Assembly (NCBI GenBank): GCA_964646415.1
Contig: CAZYEL010000002.1
Coordinates: forward strand, 8,538 to 72,537
Length of the DNA stretch: 64,000 bases
Source: an uncultured Candidatus Saccharibacteria bacterium
GTDB lineage: Bacteria > Patescibacteriota > Minisyncoccia > UBA6257 > 2-01-FULL-56-20
Direction of reading: 5' to 3'
The notes beneath the pieces were generated by a model that saw only the letters and a list, made by a program, of their open reading frames with translations, was not told where the DNA came from and did no database searches. A program made the position numbers and the translations under genes. Positions 9,387 to 18,718 of the stretch are shown here, piece after piece; the stretch's first letter is position 1, and every line of letters begins with the position of its first letter.

Positions 9387-10393
9387 TTATTTCACGACAT
9401 TCTCCGGCTTCCCATCCATGAAACTCCGGATATTGCGGAGAGTGGTTTGCAAAATGCGCTGCATCGCTTCTTTCGAATTAAAGGCGTTGTGCGGCGTGAT
9501 GAGCACGTTCGGCATCCGTATCAGCTCGTGATTACGCAGCAAAACTTTGAGCTCGCTTTCACTCGGGTGCCCGGAAGAGAGGAAAAGCATCTCGTCCCGC
9601 GATTCGTTTTCCTCTTCAAGCACATCGAGTCCCGCACCGCCCAGTATCCCCTCTTGCAACGCCATAACAATCGCTTCCGTTTCCACAATCGCGCCGCGGG
9701 CGGTGTTCACAAGATATGCGCCCCGCTTTACCGTGCGTATATTCCCTTTGTGTATAAGGTGGTGCGTCTGCTCGTTATACGGGCAGTGCACCGTGATGAA
9801 ATCGGAGGAAGCGAGCAGCTCATCCAACCCCGCATAGGTAAACCCCATGCGCTCCGCAAGCGCGGAATCAGGGTACGGGTCATGCGCAACGACATTCATA
9901 TCGAATCCTTTCGCAATCTTCACCGCTTCTCTCCCGATACGGCCGGTGCCTATCACGCCGAGCGTTTTCCCGCGCACATCCACCCCCCGCAAATCATCAT
10001 TGCGGAACGTCCCCGTTTCCTTCACCCGGTCTATCCCCTGATATATTTTTCTCGAAAGATTCAAAATGAGGCCGAACGCGTACTCCGCGACGGTGTTATC
10101 GCCGTAGCCGGGAACGTACAGCACCGTTACTCCCCGCCGCTTCGCCGCAACGATATCAATGTGGTCATACCCCGTGGAACGGGTGGCGAGGCACTTCAGT
10201 TTCGGAAACTGCGCGAAGAGCGCATCGTCGAACTTTGTGTGTACGAATATCGCCGCAATTTCGATGTCTTCCCGTTCCTTCGGAGCGACTTCCGTGCATT
10301 TTTTTTCGTGCAGCCGCAGCTCTTCGCCGGGAAACGCCGTGCGGATTTCCGCTTCCTCCCAATCCTCGACTTGGAAAAATCCTATCGTCATTG
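9387..10393 (-). CDS. D-isomer-specific 2-hydroxyacid dehydrogenase (glycerate dehydrogenase / hydroxypyruvate reductase-like)
   Basis: The NAD-binding motif GVIGTGRIGREAVKIA and the catalytic R/E/H region (LITPHNAFNS). I trimmed the track ORF to the ATG giving MTIGFF..., which overlaps the ppsA stop by a few nt. Confidence 0.85.
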
Positions 10394-12925
10394 GCGTCTT
10401 TTCTTCCGGAGACGCCCTTCGGCTTTTGCGATTGCCAGCGTCGTGCGGATAACCGTATCGGCGTTGAGCGATATGCTCTCGATGCCCGCGCGCACGAGGA
10501 GTTCCGCGAATCCCGGGTGGTCCGAAGGCGCCTGCCCGCAAATGCCGATATATTTCTTTTTCTTTCTGCATACCGCAATTACTTTGGTGATAAGCTGCCG
10601 CACCGCATCGTCGGTTTCATCGGCAACTTTGTTCACGATTCCCGAATCGCGGTCAAGTCCGAGCGTGAGCTGCGTGAGATCGTTCGACCCGATGGACATG
10701 CCGTCGAATATCTTAAGAAACTCTTCCGCAAGGAGTACATTTGAGGGAATCTCGCACATTACGTAGACCGGCGTTCTTTCCCCCCGTCCGCCCGCAAGAT
10801 TCGCAAGTCCGGATCCGGCCATAAGCATAAGCGTTTTCCGCCCCTCCTCAACCGTCCTGCAAAACGGCACCATGGGAATCACGTTCCGGAGCCCCATGCG
10901 CTCCCGGACAATCCGCACCGCCTTGCATTCAAGCAAAAACGCATCTTTGAATTTCGGGTCGTAGTATCGCGACGCGCCCCGCCAGCCGATCATCGGATTC
11001 TCCTCCTCCGGCTCGTATGCGGCGCCGCCCGCAAGCGAGCGGTATTCGTTGCTCTTGAAGTCAGAAAAGCGGACAATGACCGGATGCGGGTAAAATGCCG
11101 CGCCGATTTTCGCGATGCCATAGGCGAGATTATCCACGTAGTAATCCACGGGGCGCTCCCAGCCGCGCATCTTCTCTCTGATGATGCGGCGCACCTCGGG
11201 CGTCTGGGAACGGTAATTCAAGAGTGCCATCGGATGCACGCCGATTTTTGAAGCGATAATAAACTCCTCCCGCGCAAGCCCTACGCCTGCGTTCGGCAGG
11301 AATGATGTTTCAAACGCCGAATCGGGAATCGCCACATTCACCATCACCTTCGTCCTTGGCTTCGGGATTTTCCGCACGTCATGCGCATGCGTCTTGAATT
11401 TCAGCGCGCCCGCATACACCGCGCCTTCGCTTCCGGTCGTATCCACGGTAAGCATCTCTCCGGTCTTTATTCTTCTTGTGGCATGCTCCGTGCCCACCAC
11501 CGCGGGAATACCGAGCTCGCGGCTCACGATCGCCGCGTGGCTCGTGCGCCCGCCTTTGTCCGTCACGATTGCGGCGGCAATTTTCATAATCGGCTCCCAG
11601 TCCGGGTCGGTCATGGTAGTCACCAGGATCTCTCCCCGCTTGAACTCCCCGATGTGCTTCGCGTCCATGATCACGCGCGCCTTCCCTGTCGCAATACGCG
11701 AACCGACGGAAGCGCCGCGCACCAGCGGCTCCCTTCCCTGCGCGCGGAGGCGGTATTCCGTAACTTTCGAATAATCCCGGTTTGCATGCACCGTCTCGGG
11801 ACGCGCCTGGACAACATAGAGTTCGCCGGTGACGCCGTCCTTCGCCCACTCCATATCCATCGGCGTCCATTTGCCGTTCTTCCCGGAATAGTGCTCCTCG
11901 ACCGCAACGGCCCAGCGCGCGAGCGTGAGCACCTCATCTTCCTGCAGCACGAAGCGGTCCCGCTCCGCGGGCGACGTACGCACCACTTTTGTCCGCTTGA
12001 TGCCGCTGCCGCGTGCGGCATACACCATTTTCTCGTTCTTGTTGCCGAGCCGCCTGTCGATAATAGGAACCAATCCTTTTCCCCCGATTCCCTTCTTCCA
12101 TACTATGAATTCATCGGGTGTCACGCGTCCCTGCACAATCATCTCGCCCAACCCCCACACCGCATTGATTACCACCGCGTCGCGAAAACCGGATTCCGTA
12201 TCAAGCGTAAATATGACTCCGGATGCGCCCTTATCCGACCGCACCATTTTCTGCACGCCTACCGAAAGCGCGATTTTCAAATGGTCGAACCCTTTGTCCG
12301 CACGGTAAGAAATCGCGCGATTGGTAAAAAGCGAAGCCATTGCCGCCCGGGTCGCGGCAACCAGGCCGTCTCCGCCACGGATACCGAGATATGTTTCATG
12401 CTCCCCGGCAAAACTTGCGCCGGGAAGGTCTTCCGCCGTCGCGGAAGAGCGCACCGCAACATCCACGCCTTTTCCGTAACGCTTTTCAAGTCCCTCATAC
12501 GCCCTCCGGATTGCCGCTTCGAGGTCTTCCGGGAACGGCGTCCGGCGGATAGCGTCGCGCACTTCTTTCCCCCGCAACGCAAGCTCACGAAGGTTTCTCG
12601 TATCCAACCCCTTAAGCGTAACGCGCACAAATTTGGCGAGCCCGGTTGTTTTGAGAAAGTGATAATAGGCATCCGCGGTAATCGCGAATCCCGACGGCAC
12701 TCGCACCCCTTTCTTGCGAAGCGAGCGAATCATTTCGCCGAGCGACGCATTTTTACCGCCCACACGGCCCACGTCCCCGATGCCCACCTCTTCAAACGGA
12801 AGAATGAATCCCGTTAGAAATTTCCGCGAGGCATTTGTATCCCTACGGGAATTTAACCCTGGCGATAACCCGCGCCGCAAACGTTGGGGTATTATTTCTA
12901 ACGGGATGAATGAACGCGGTGACAT
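10388..12925 (-). CDS. ppsA: Phosphoenolpyruvate synthase (pyruvate, water dikinase)
   Basis: The N-terminal ATP-grasp region (GGKNASLGEM), the phospho-histidine domain GGRTSHAAIVSRELGIPAVVG and the C-terminal PEP-utilising domain are all present. The first roughly 40 aa of the track ORF are probably not translated. Confidence 0.9.
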   Translation of the reverse strand: MSPRSFIPLEIIPQRLRRGLSPGLNSRRDTNASRKFLTGFILPFEEVGIGDVGRVGGKNASLGEMIRSLRKKGVRVPSGFAITADAYYHFLKTTGLAKFVRVTLKGLDTRNLRELALRGKEVRDAIRRTPFPEDLEAAIRRAYEGLEKRYGKGVDVAVRSSATAEDLPGASFAGEHETYLGIRGGDGLVAATRAAMASLFTNRAISYRADKGFDHLKIALSVGVQKMVRSDKGASGVIFTLDTESGFRDAVVINAVWGLGEMIVQGRVTPDEFIVWKKGIGGKGLVPIIDRRLGNKNEKMVYAARGSGIKRTKVVRTSPAERDRFVLQEDEVLTLARWAVAVEEHYSGKNGKWTPMDMEWAKDGVTGELYVVQARPETVHANRDYSKVTEYRLRAQGREPLVRGASVGSRIATGKARVIMDAKHIGEFKRGEILVTTMTDPDWEPIMKIAAAIVTDKGGRTSHAAIVSRELGIPAVVGTEHATRRIKTGEMLTVDTTGSEGAVYAGALKFKTHAHDVRKIPKPRTKVMVNVAIPDSAFETSFLPNAGVGLAREEFIIASKIGVHPMALLNYRSQTPEVRRIIREKMRGWERPVDYYVDNLAYGIAKIGAAFYPHPVIVRFSDFKSNEYRSLAGGAAYEPEEENPMIGWRGASRYYDPKFKDAFLLECKAVRIVRERMGLRNVIPMVPFCRTVEEGRKTLMLMAGSGLANLAGGRGERTPVYVMCEIPSNVLLAEEFLKIFDGMSIGSNDLTQLTLGLDRDSGIVNKVADETDDAVRQLITKVIAVCRKKKKYIGICGQAPSDHPGFAELLVRAGIESISLNADTVIRTTLAIAKAEGRLRKKRRQ

Positions 12926-12931
12926 ATATTT

Positions 12932-14230
12932 TTATTCTTTTAGCGCAATAACAAGATCCGACACATTCGACCCCGTAATTCCCGTACTAAGAAAATCGCC
13001 GACCTCGCGAAAGAACACGTAGGAATCGTTCGCCGCAAGATATTCGCCGGGCGCACGACCGAGCGCCTCGGCATGCTCTCCCGTCATTATATCGCATAGT
13101 GCCCCCGCATAGTCACTGTTATCCCTTCCGTCGGAGGCAAGCGAGAGCACCACTTCGCCGCGCTCCAGAAACCGGAGAGCGGAAAGCGCAAGCTCCATAT
13201 TGCGTCCGCCCGTTCCCGCCCCCTTTACGGTTACCGTCGTTTCACCCCCGTACAACAGCGCGCAGCGCGATTTTCCGGCGTGAAGCGCGCGAGCAATTTT
13301 CTCACCCGCTTCCCGCGCCTCCCCCACCAGTGCACCGCTCCGAGAATCGGGCGCGAATCCCCGCTGTTTCGCCGCATCCGCCATCGCGCGGAGCGCTATG
13401 TCGTTCGACACAGCAACGATGTTTTGAATTTTCTCGAAATATTTTTCGTCTTTCGGCGTTTCCACAAGCCCGCACCGTTCGCCCCCGCACGCCGCACGCA
13501 ACCCGTATTTCTCAAGTATCATTTCGGCATCACGAACACTCGTCGCATCCTTCACCGTAGGTCCGGAAGCGATAAACTGCACGTCATCGCCCGCAACATC
13601 GGAGAAAATGAGCGAGGCAACCCGCGCCGGGTACGCCTGCTGCGCAAGATATCCGCCCCGTGCCTGCGACGGGAGATGCTTCCGCACCGTATTCATTTCC
13701 TGTATTGCCGCGCCGCTCCGCATAAGCGCGCTCACTATTTTTCCCTCATCCCCGCAACCTTCTTCCCTCGGCAGACAAAGAAGCGTCGAACCTCCCCCTG
13801 AAATTATAAAAAGCACAAGGTCGTTTTCGCCCAGCCCCGCGAGCACCCCTCTCAGCATCGCAGACCCCCGGGCATTCGCCTCCGAAGGCAACGGATGAGT
13901 GCCTTCCACCGCGGTTATCCTTTCGAGCGGCGGCGGCGTCCCGACGCCGAGCGCCACGCCGCGGGTAATCGCCTCTCCCAATATGCGCTCAAGCGCCTTC
14001 GCCGCCTCAAACGCGCATTTCCCCACGCCCGCGACCACGATTTTATCCCCGGTACGCATCGGGTAGCTCTTCTCGCCGATTGTCACGCTTCCCTCCCCGG
14101 TTTTCACCCACTTCCCGATAACCTCCGCAGTGCGTATTGCCCGAATTCCTTCTTCCGCAATCTCCAAAGCCGCGCGTCTTGTTGCGGATGTCGCAAGCTT
14201 CTCAAAATTCTTTATCGCGCGCGTTTCCAT
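12932..14230 (-). CDS. Glycerate 2-kinase, MOFRL family
   Basis: The MOFRL architecture is recognisable (...IISGGGSTLL..., GGETTVTVKGAGTGGRNMELALSA...SDGRDN). Confidence 0.85.
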   Translation of the reverse strand: METRAIKNFEKLATSATRRAALEIAEEGIRAIRTAEVIGKWVKTGEGSVTIGEKSYPMRTGDKIVVAGVGKCAFEAAKALERILGEAITRGVALGVGTPPPLERITAVEGTHPLPSEANARGSAMLRGVLAGLGENDLVLFIISGGGSTLLCLPREEGCGDEGKIVSALMRSGAAIQEMNTVRKHLPSQARGGYLAQQAYPARVASLIFSDVAGDDVQFIASGPTVKDATSVRDAEMILEKYGLRAACGGERCGLVETPKDEKYFEKIQNIVAVSNDIALRAMADAAKQRGFAPDSRSGALVGEAREAGEKIARALHAGKSRCALLYGGETTVTVKGAGTGGRNMELALSALRFLERGEVVLSLASDGRDNSDYAGALCDIMTGEHAEALGRAPGEYLAANDSYVFFREVGDFLSTGITGSNVSDLVIALKE

Positions 14231-14337
14231 GCCGCGTTGTGTAAATTGCCAGGATGCCTCTTTATATGCATGGTACTTGCCCTCTATTGTAGCAAATCAC
14301 CGGGACACGCCACGGGCGAATTTGGTATAATTCTTAT

Positions 14338-14733
14338 ATGAAAGGCTACGTTGGCAACATTGAGGAAGAATCCCTCAAAAACGAGTGTTTCAGGAAAGTC
14401 CTCTACACCGCAAAAAAGAGCCAGCTTGTGCTGATGAACTTGCAGCCGGGAGAGGACATCGGCGAAGAGGTACATCAGCTCGACCAATTCCTCCGGTGCG
14501 AAGCCGGTACCGGCAAAGCAATCCTCAATGGAATCGAATATCCGGTCCATGACGGGACGGCAGTAGTGGTTCCCGCAGGAGTGAACCACAACATCATTAA
14601 TACGTCGCCCGACGCGCCCATGAAGCTTTACACCATCTATTCCCCGCCGAATCATCGCAACGTAGTGGTGCATCGCACGAAAGCGGATGCAGAGGCCGAC
14701 GAAGAGCACTTCGACGGGAGATTGAGTGAATAA
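14338..14733 (+). CDS. Cupin-domain protein
   Basis: A small beta-barrel cupin with metal-ligand-like residues (HQLDQF...H) and typical cupin spacing. Confidence 0.6.
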   Translation: MKGYVGNIEEESLKNECFRKVLYTAKKSQLVLMNLQPGEDIGEEVHQLDQFLRCEAGTGKAILNGIEYPVHDGTAVVVPAGVNHNIINTSPDAPMKLYTIYSPPNHRNVVVHRTKADAEADEEHFDGRLSE

Positions 14734-15169
14734 TCGAACCGCCCGCCCCCTCATGCACTGGAGCATTTACGCGTTAGGCTCGGCAGTCTTTGCGGCGCTG
14801 GTCGCCATTTTCGGCAAGCTCGGTCTTCAAGGAATAGATTCCACGCTTGCGACAACCGTCCGCTCGGTCGTAATGACGCTCTTCCTTGTTCTTGTTTCAT
14901 TCTCGCTCGGGAAGTTCGAATTCCTGGGCACCCTGAACAACCGGGCACTCGCCTTCATTATCCTTTCCGGGCTCGCGGGCGCGCTCTCCTGGCTCTTGTA
15001 TTTCCTCGCCATTAAGCTCGGGCCCGTTTCCGGCGTCGCAGGCATCGACCGGACAAGCGTAGTCTTCGCACTCATCCTCGCCGCACTTTTCCTGGGCGAA
15101 TCGTTCACTGCGCAAAAAGCGCTGGGTGCGGCGCTTGTCGCAATCGGCGCGGTCCTCCTTGCGATATAG
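14726..15169 (+). CDS. EamA-like 4-transmembrane half-transporter
   Basis: 147 aa with 4-5 transmembrane helices and a single EamA domain. It pairs with the adjacent frameshifted copy. Confidence 0.55.
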   Translation: MNNRTARPLMHWSIYALGSAVFAALVAIFGKLGLQGIDSTLATTVRSVVMTLFLVLVSFSLGKFEFLGTLNNRALAFIILSGLAGALSWLLYFLAIKLGPVSGVAGIDRTSVVFALILAALFLGESFTAQKALGAALVAIGAVLLAI

Positions 15170-15174
15170 CGAAC

Positions 15175-15480
15175 ATGCCGCTCACCGGCTTGTCGTATGC
15201 AATCAGTGCCGCCGTTACGTGGGGGCTGGTTTACACCATTGACCAGCGGATACTCCGAAATACGACTCCCTTTACTCTTCTTTTCGTTAACTCGCTTATC
15301 ACCGTAGCTATCCTGCTTCCCTTCATATTTTTAGAGCGGAAAGAATTTGCCGCACCGCGCCCGGCTCCGCGCTTCTCCTCGGCGGCTCGCTCATAGTTAT
15401 AGGCTCGGCCATTATCATCTCATCGGGGCGAAAAACCCTGAAAAATAAGGCTTTCCCATGTGAGCGACTAGAAACTAGCA
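15175..15480 (+). pseudogene. Second EamA-like half-transporter, interrupted by a +1 frameshift near 15360
   Basis: Frame A ends ...APRPAPRFSSAARS*. The overlapping frame continues TAPGSALLLGGSLIVIGSAIIISSGRKT..., a typical EamA C-terminus. This is either a real frameshift or an assembly error. Confidence 0.4.
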
Positions 15481-15550
15481 ATTAGAAATCTAGAATTTAG
15501 GCGGCTAGCAATACGGATCAACGAATAACGCACAAATCATTTATCTATTC

Positions 15551-15590
15551 CATATACAAACTTATTGCACGTGCAATAAGTTTGTATATG
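15551..15590. repeat. 40-bp perfect palindrome catatacaaacttattgcac|gtgcaataagtttgtatatg
   Basis: Read directly from the sequence. It is AT-rich and lies between the convergent EamA pseudogene (+) and uvrA (-). A partial copy of the leader-element arm (atcaacgaataacg, 15517..15530) lies just 5' of it. Confidence 0.8.
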
Positions 15591-15695
15591 TTTATATGAA
15601 ATACGGCGGCTTAAAACATCGCCACGTTTTAAAATCCAATTCGTTGCCCGCCTGTCAGTGATTCAGTTTTTATGAGTTTTAGGCGATTCGCGCTT

Positions 15696-18269
15696 TTATG
15701 CGCCTGCTCTTCCCAATACTTTGCGGAGATACTCCCCCGTAAAACTTCCTTTCTTACGCGCAATCTCTTCGGGAGTGCCCGCCGCCACAATTTCACCTCC
15801 CTTCTCCCCTCCTTCGGGACCAAGGTCAATCACCCAGTCCGCGGTCTTGATGACGTCCAAGTTATGCTCGATTACGACAACCGTGTTCCCGCGGTCAGCG
15901 AGCCGTTGAAGGACTTGCAGCAATTTATCCACGTCCGCGAAGTGAAGTCCCGTCGTCGGCTCGTCCAAAATATACAGCGTACGGCGCGTGTCGCGCTTCC
16001 CCAATTCCGACGCAAGCTTCACGCGCTGGGCTTCGCCTCCAGAGAGCGTCGTCGCGGACTGTCCTAATTCCAAATACCCCAATCCAACCTCATCCAAAAT
16101 TTTGAGACGATCCGCAAGCCACGGGATATCATCGAAGAATTTCACCGCTTCCTCAATCGTGAGTTTCAAAATCTCAAATATATTTTTACCTTTGTATTCC
16201 ACCGCAAGTGTCTCGCGATCGAAGCGTTTGCCTTTGCAGATATCGCACTGGATATAGACCGTCGGCAAAAAGTGCATCTCGATTGCGAGCGTGCCATGCC
16301 CCTCGCAATTCTCACACCGTCCGCCGGGAACGTTGAAACTAAACCGGCCGGGCTTGTAGCCGCGTACTTTCGCATCTGGCGTTGCGGCAAAAAGGTCGCG
16401 GATAAACGTCCAAGCACCCACATAGGTCGCCGGGTTTGAGCGCGGCGTGCGTCCGATTGCCGACTGGTCAATGTTAATCACGCGGTTCACGTGCTCCAGT
16501 CCGAAGATGCCGCTGTGCACGCCTTCCTTATAGCTCGAACCATGCCACCGGTTCGCGAGCGTCTTGTAAAGCACGTCATACACCAAACTCGACTTCCCCG
16601 AACCCGAGACGCCGGTTACCGCCGTGAAACGCCCTACGGGAATTTCCACGTCGATGTTCTTGAGATTATTTTCCTTTGCGCCTTTGATGGAAATGAACTT
16701 CGTCCCCTTGCCGATGCCGCGCCGTTCGCTCGGAACATTAATAAATCGCTTGCCCCGGAGGTACTCAAGCGTAAGCGACTGGGGAAATGCTCCCATGCTC
16801 TTCGCCGAGAGTATTTCCGGTATCGCACCTTGCGCCACAATCTTTCCTCCGTGTACTCCCGCGCCGGGTCCGAAATCAACCAGGTGGTCGCTCTCACGGA
16901 TGGTTTCCTCATCGTGCTCCACCACCACAATCGTGTTCCCCAGGTCACGGAGGTCATGAAGCGTCTTGATAAGCTTTGCATTGTCGCGCTGATGCAATCC
17001 GATCGTCGGCTCGTCCAAAATATAGAGCGTCCCCACGAGGCGCGAACCCACCTGCGACGCGAGGCGTATCCGCTGCGCTTCGCCGCCGGAAAGTGTTCCC
17101 GCCCGCCGCTCCAACGTAAGGTACTCGAGCCCCACATCAAGCATAAACTTCAGCCGGTTTTTAATCTCACGGAGCGGCGCTTCGGCAATTTCCTTGAAGC
17201 GTGCGGCGCCTTTAAGTTCAAGCTTTCCCATAAAGTCATATGCCTCGCCGATGGAGTAGGCAACCACTGATGCGATATTTTTCCCCTGAATCAAGACGTT
17301 CAGACTTTCCTCTTTAAGCCGTTTTCCCGCGCATATAGGACAAATTTTCTCGGACCACAAATCCTCCGTGCCCAATCCATGGCATTGCGGACATGCACCA
17401 TACGGACTGTTAAACGAGAAAAGGCGCGGTTCGATTTCCGGAAACGAGAATCCGTCGTTCGGGCAGGTAAATTTTGCGGAAAGAGACACCTCCTTGTCCG
17501 TCACGACCGTCACCACGTCATTGCCGTACTTCAAAGCAGTCTCAATCGCTTCGGAGAGCCGTAAGCGGTTGTCCTTTATGTCTTGTCCGCCAGAGGCGGA
17601 TCCGCCTTCGGCGGAAAATCTCACGCCCGCGGGAATACGGTCAACTACCAAATCAATGGAATGAGCTTTGTAGCGGCTAAGCTCCACCCGCTCACGGAGC
17701 GTTTTATAAATTCCATCCACACGCACCTCGGAGAACCCCGCATTCAAAAAGTCGTAGAGCAGCTGGTAATACTCCCCTTTCCGTCCGCGCACGACAGGCG
17801 CAAGAATCACAATGTTTTTCTTTGATTTATTTTCATTCGAAATCTGAATCGCAACATCCACAATTTCCTCATTCGTCATTTTCTGGATTTCTTTGCCGCA
17901 CTTGGGACAATGCGGCTTTCCCGCACGGGCAAAAAGCACGCGGAGATAGTCGTAAATTTCCGTCACCGTTGCCACCGTCGAGCGCGGATTCGAAGAGTGG
18001 CTCTTTTGGTCAATCGAAATTGCCGGTGAGAGCCCTTCAATATCGTCTATATCCGGCTTATCAAGCCGCCCCAAGAACTGCCGCGCATATGCGGAGAGCG
18101 ATTCGATATAACGGCGCTGGCCTTCCGCGAAAATCGTATCGAACGCCATGCTCGATTTCCCCGAACCGGAAAGGCCGGTAAACACGACCATTTTGTCGCG
18201 CGGTATTTCGAGATTTATGTTCTTTAAATTGTGCTCGCGCGCTCCTTTTATGATGATTTTGTCTTTCAT
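15696..18269 (-). CDS. uvrA: Excinuclease ABC subunit A
   Basis: Two ABC ATPase modules ([18 protein letters not shown]) with zinc-finger Cys clusters. I set the start at the ATG giving [18 protein letters not shown]. The 39-aa track extension is an alternative-start artefact. Confidence 0.95.
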   Translation of the reverse strand: MKDKIIIKGAREHNLKNINLEIPRDKMVVFTGLSGSGKSSMAFDTIFAEGQRRYIESLSAYARQFLGRLDKPDIDDIEGLSPAISIDQKSHSSNPRSTVATVTEIYDYLRVLFARAGKPHCPKCGKEIQKMTNEEIVDVAIQISNENKSKKNIVILAPVVRGRKGEYYQLLYDFLNAGFSEVRVDGIYKTLRERVELSRYKAHSIDLVVDRIPAGVRFSAEGGSASGGQDIKDNRLRLSEAIETALKYGNDVVTVVTDKEVSLSAKFTCPNDGFSFPEIEPRLFSFNSPYGACPQCHGLGTEDLWSEKICPICAGKRLKEESLNVLIQGKNIASVVAYSIGEAYDFMGKLELKGAARFKEIAEAPLREIKNRLKFMLDVGLEYLTLERRAGTLSGGEAQRIRLASQVGSRLVGTLYILDEPTIGLHQRDNAKLIKTLHDLRDLGNTIVVVEHDEETIRESDHLVDFGPGAGVHGGKIVAQGAIPEILSAKSMGAFPQSLTLEYLRGKRFINVPSERRGIGKGTKFISIKGAKENNLKNIDVEIPVGRFTAVTGVSGSGKSSLVYDVLYKTLANRWHGSSYKEGVHSGIFGLEHVNRVINIDQSAIGRTPRSNPATYVGAWTFIRDLFAATPDAKVRGYKPGRFSFNVPGGRCENCEGHGTLAIEMHFLPTVYIQCDICKGKRFDRETLAVEYKGKNIFEILKLTIEEAVKFFDDIPWLADRLKILDEVGLGYLELGQSATTLSGGEAQRVKLASELGKRDTRRTLYILDEPTTGLHFADVDKLLQVLQRLADRGNTVVVIEHNLDVIKTADWVIDLGPEGGEKGGEIVAAGTPEEIARKKGSFTGEYLRKVLGRAGA

Positions 18270-18310
18270 GATTCCTTGCTTATATGCGCAATTCTGATTC
18301 CCAATATGCC

Positions 18311-18342
18311 GAGGATTAACCTCCTGCAGGAGGTTAATCCTC
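18311..18342. promoter_or_regulatory. 32-bp perfect palindrome gaggattaacctcctg|caggaggttaatcctc, about 42 nt upstream of the uvrA start
   Basis: Read directly from the sequence. It is centred on CTGCAG. Its position matches an operator overlapping the uvrA promoter. It is not a canonical LexA box. Confidence 0.6.
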
Positions 18343-18718
18343 GAAACATTGATCATAACGCAGAAACCGCCCCCTCCATGCGGCATATAGAGGGTAGCAG
18401 GGGAAAGTGTACCTCATCACCAACAAAAAACCACCTTCTCGCGGCGGGTTATACGGAGAGTTTCCTGCTGGCTTTAGCAGGAAACTCTATCTTGGTTCTT
18501 CGCCTCGCGCTTGAAACTCCTCCGCTGGTTTCACAAGTTATTGACTCTCAACGTGATACCCAAGGGCAACACATGCTTCGAGTCCTTGTGGTGAAATATT
18601 GTTTTGAACGGAAGTTTTGCACGAGCCTCAGAACCGTAATAATTTTCCCGCTTCTTTCCAAAAAGTCAATGGGGACATGGGGAGATGTGGTGGATAACCC
18701 CCGAGAAAAAGTGGATAA

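Noticed and set aside
18270-18386. The 39-aa N-terminal extension of the uvrA track ORF ([31 protein letters not shown]...)
   Set aside because: The ORF track uses alternative start codons and extends to the furthest upstream one. I saw TTG or GTG reported as M for dinB, murB, rsmH, the phosphatase at 36669, and the last ORF. The extension here translates the 32-bp palindromic operator. The conserved UvrA N-terminus begins at MKDK. Similar trimming was applied to ppsA, rplL, murB, rsmH, nucleoside hydrolase, DedA and others.
18387-18718. Possible structured RNA gene in the uvrA-uvrB spacer
   Set aside because: It contains a good 12-bp hairpin, but I could not recognise any known ncRNA family consensus. 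It may simply be the long uvrA 5' UTR or the uvrB 3' UTR. It is kept as a note under the uvrA palindrome finding.
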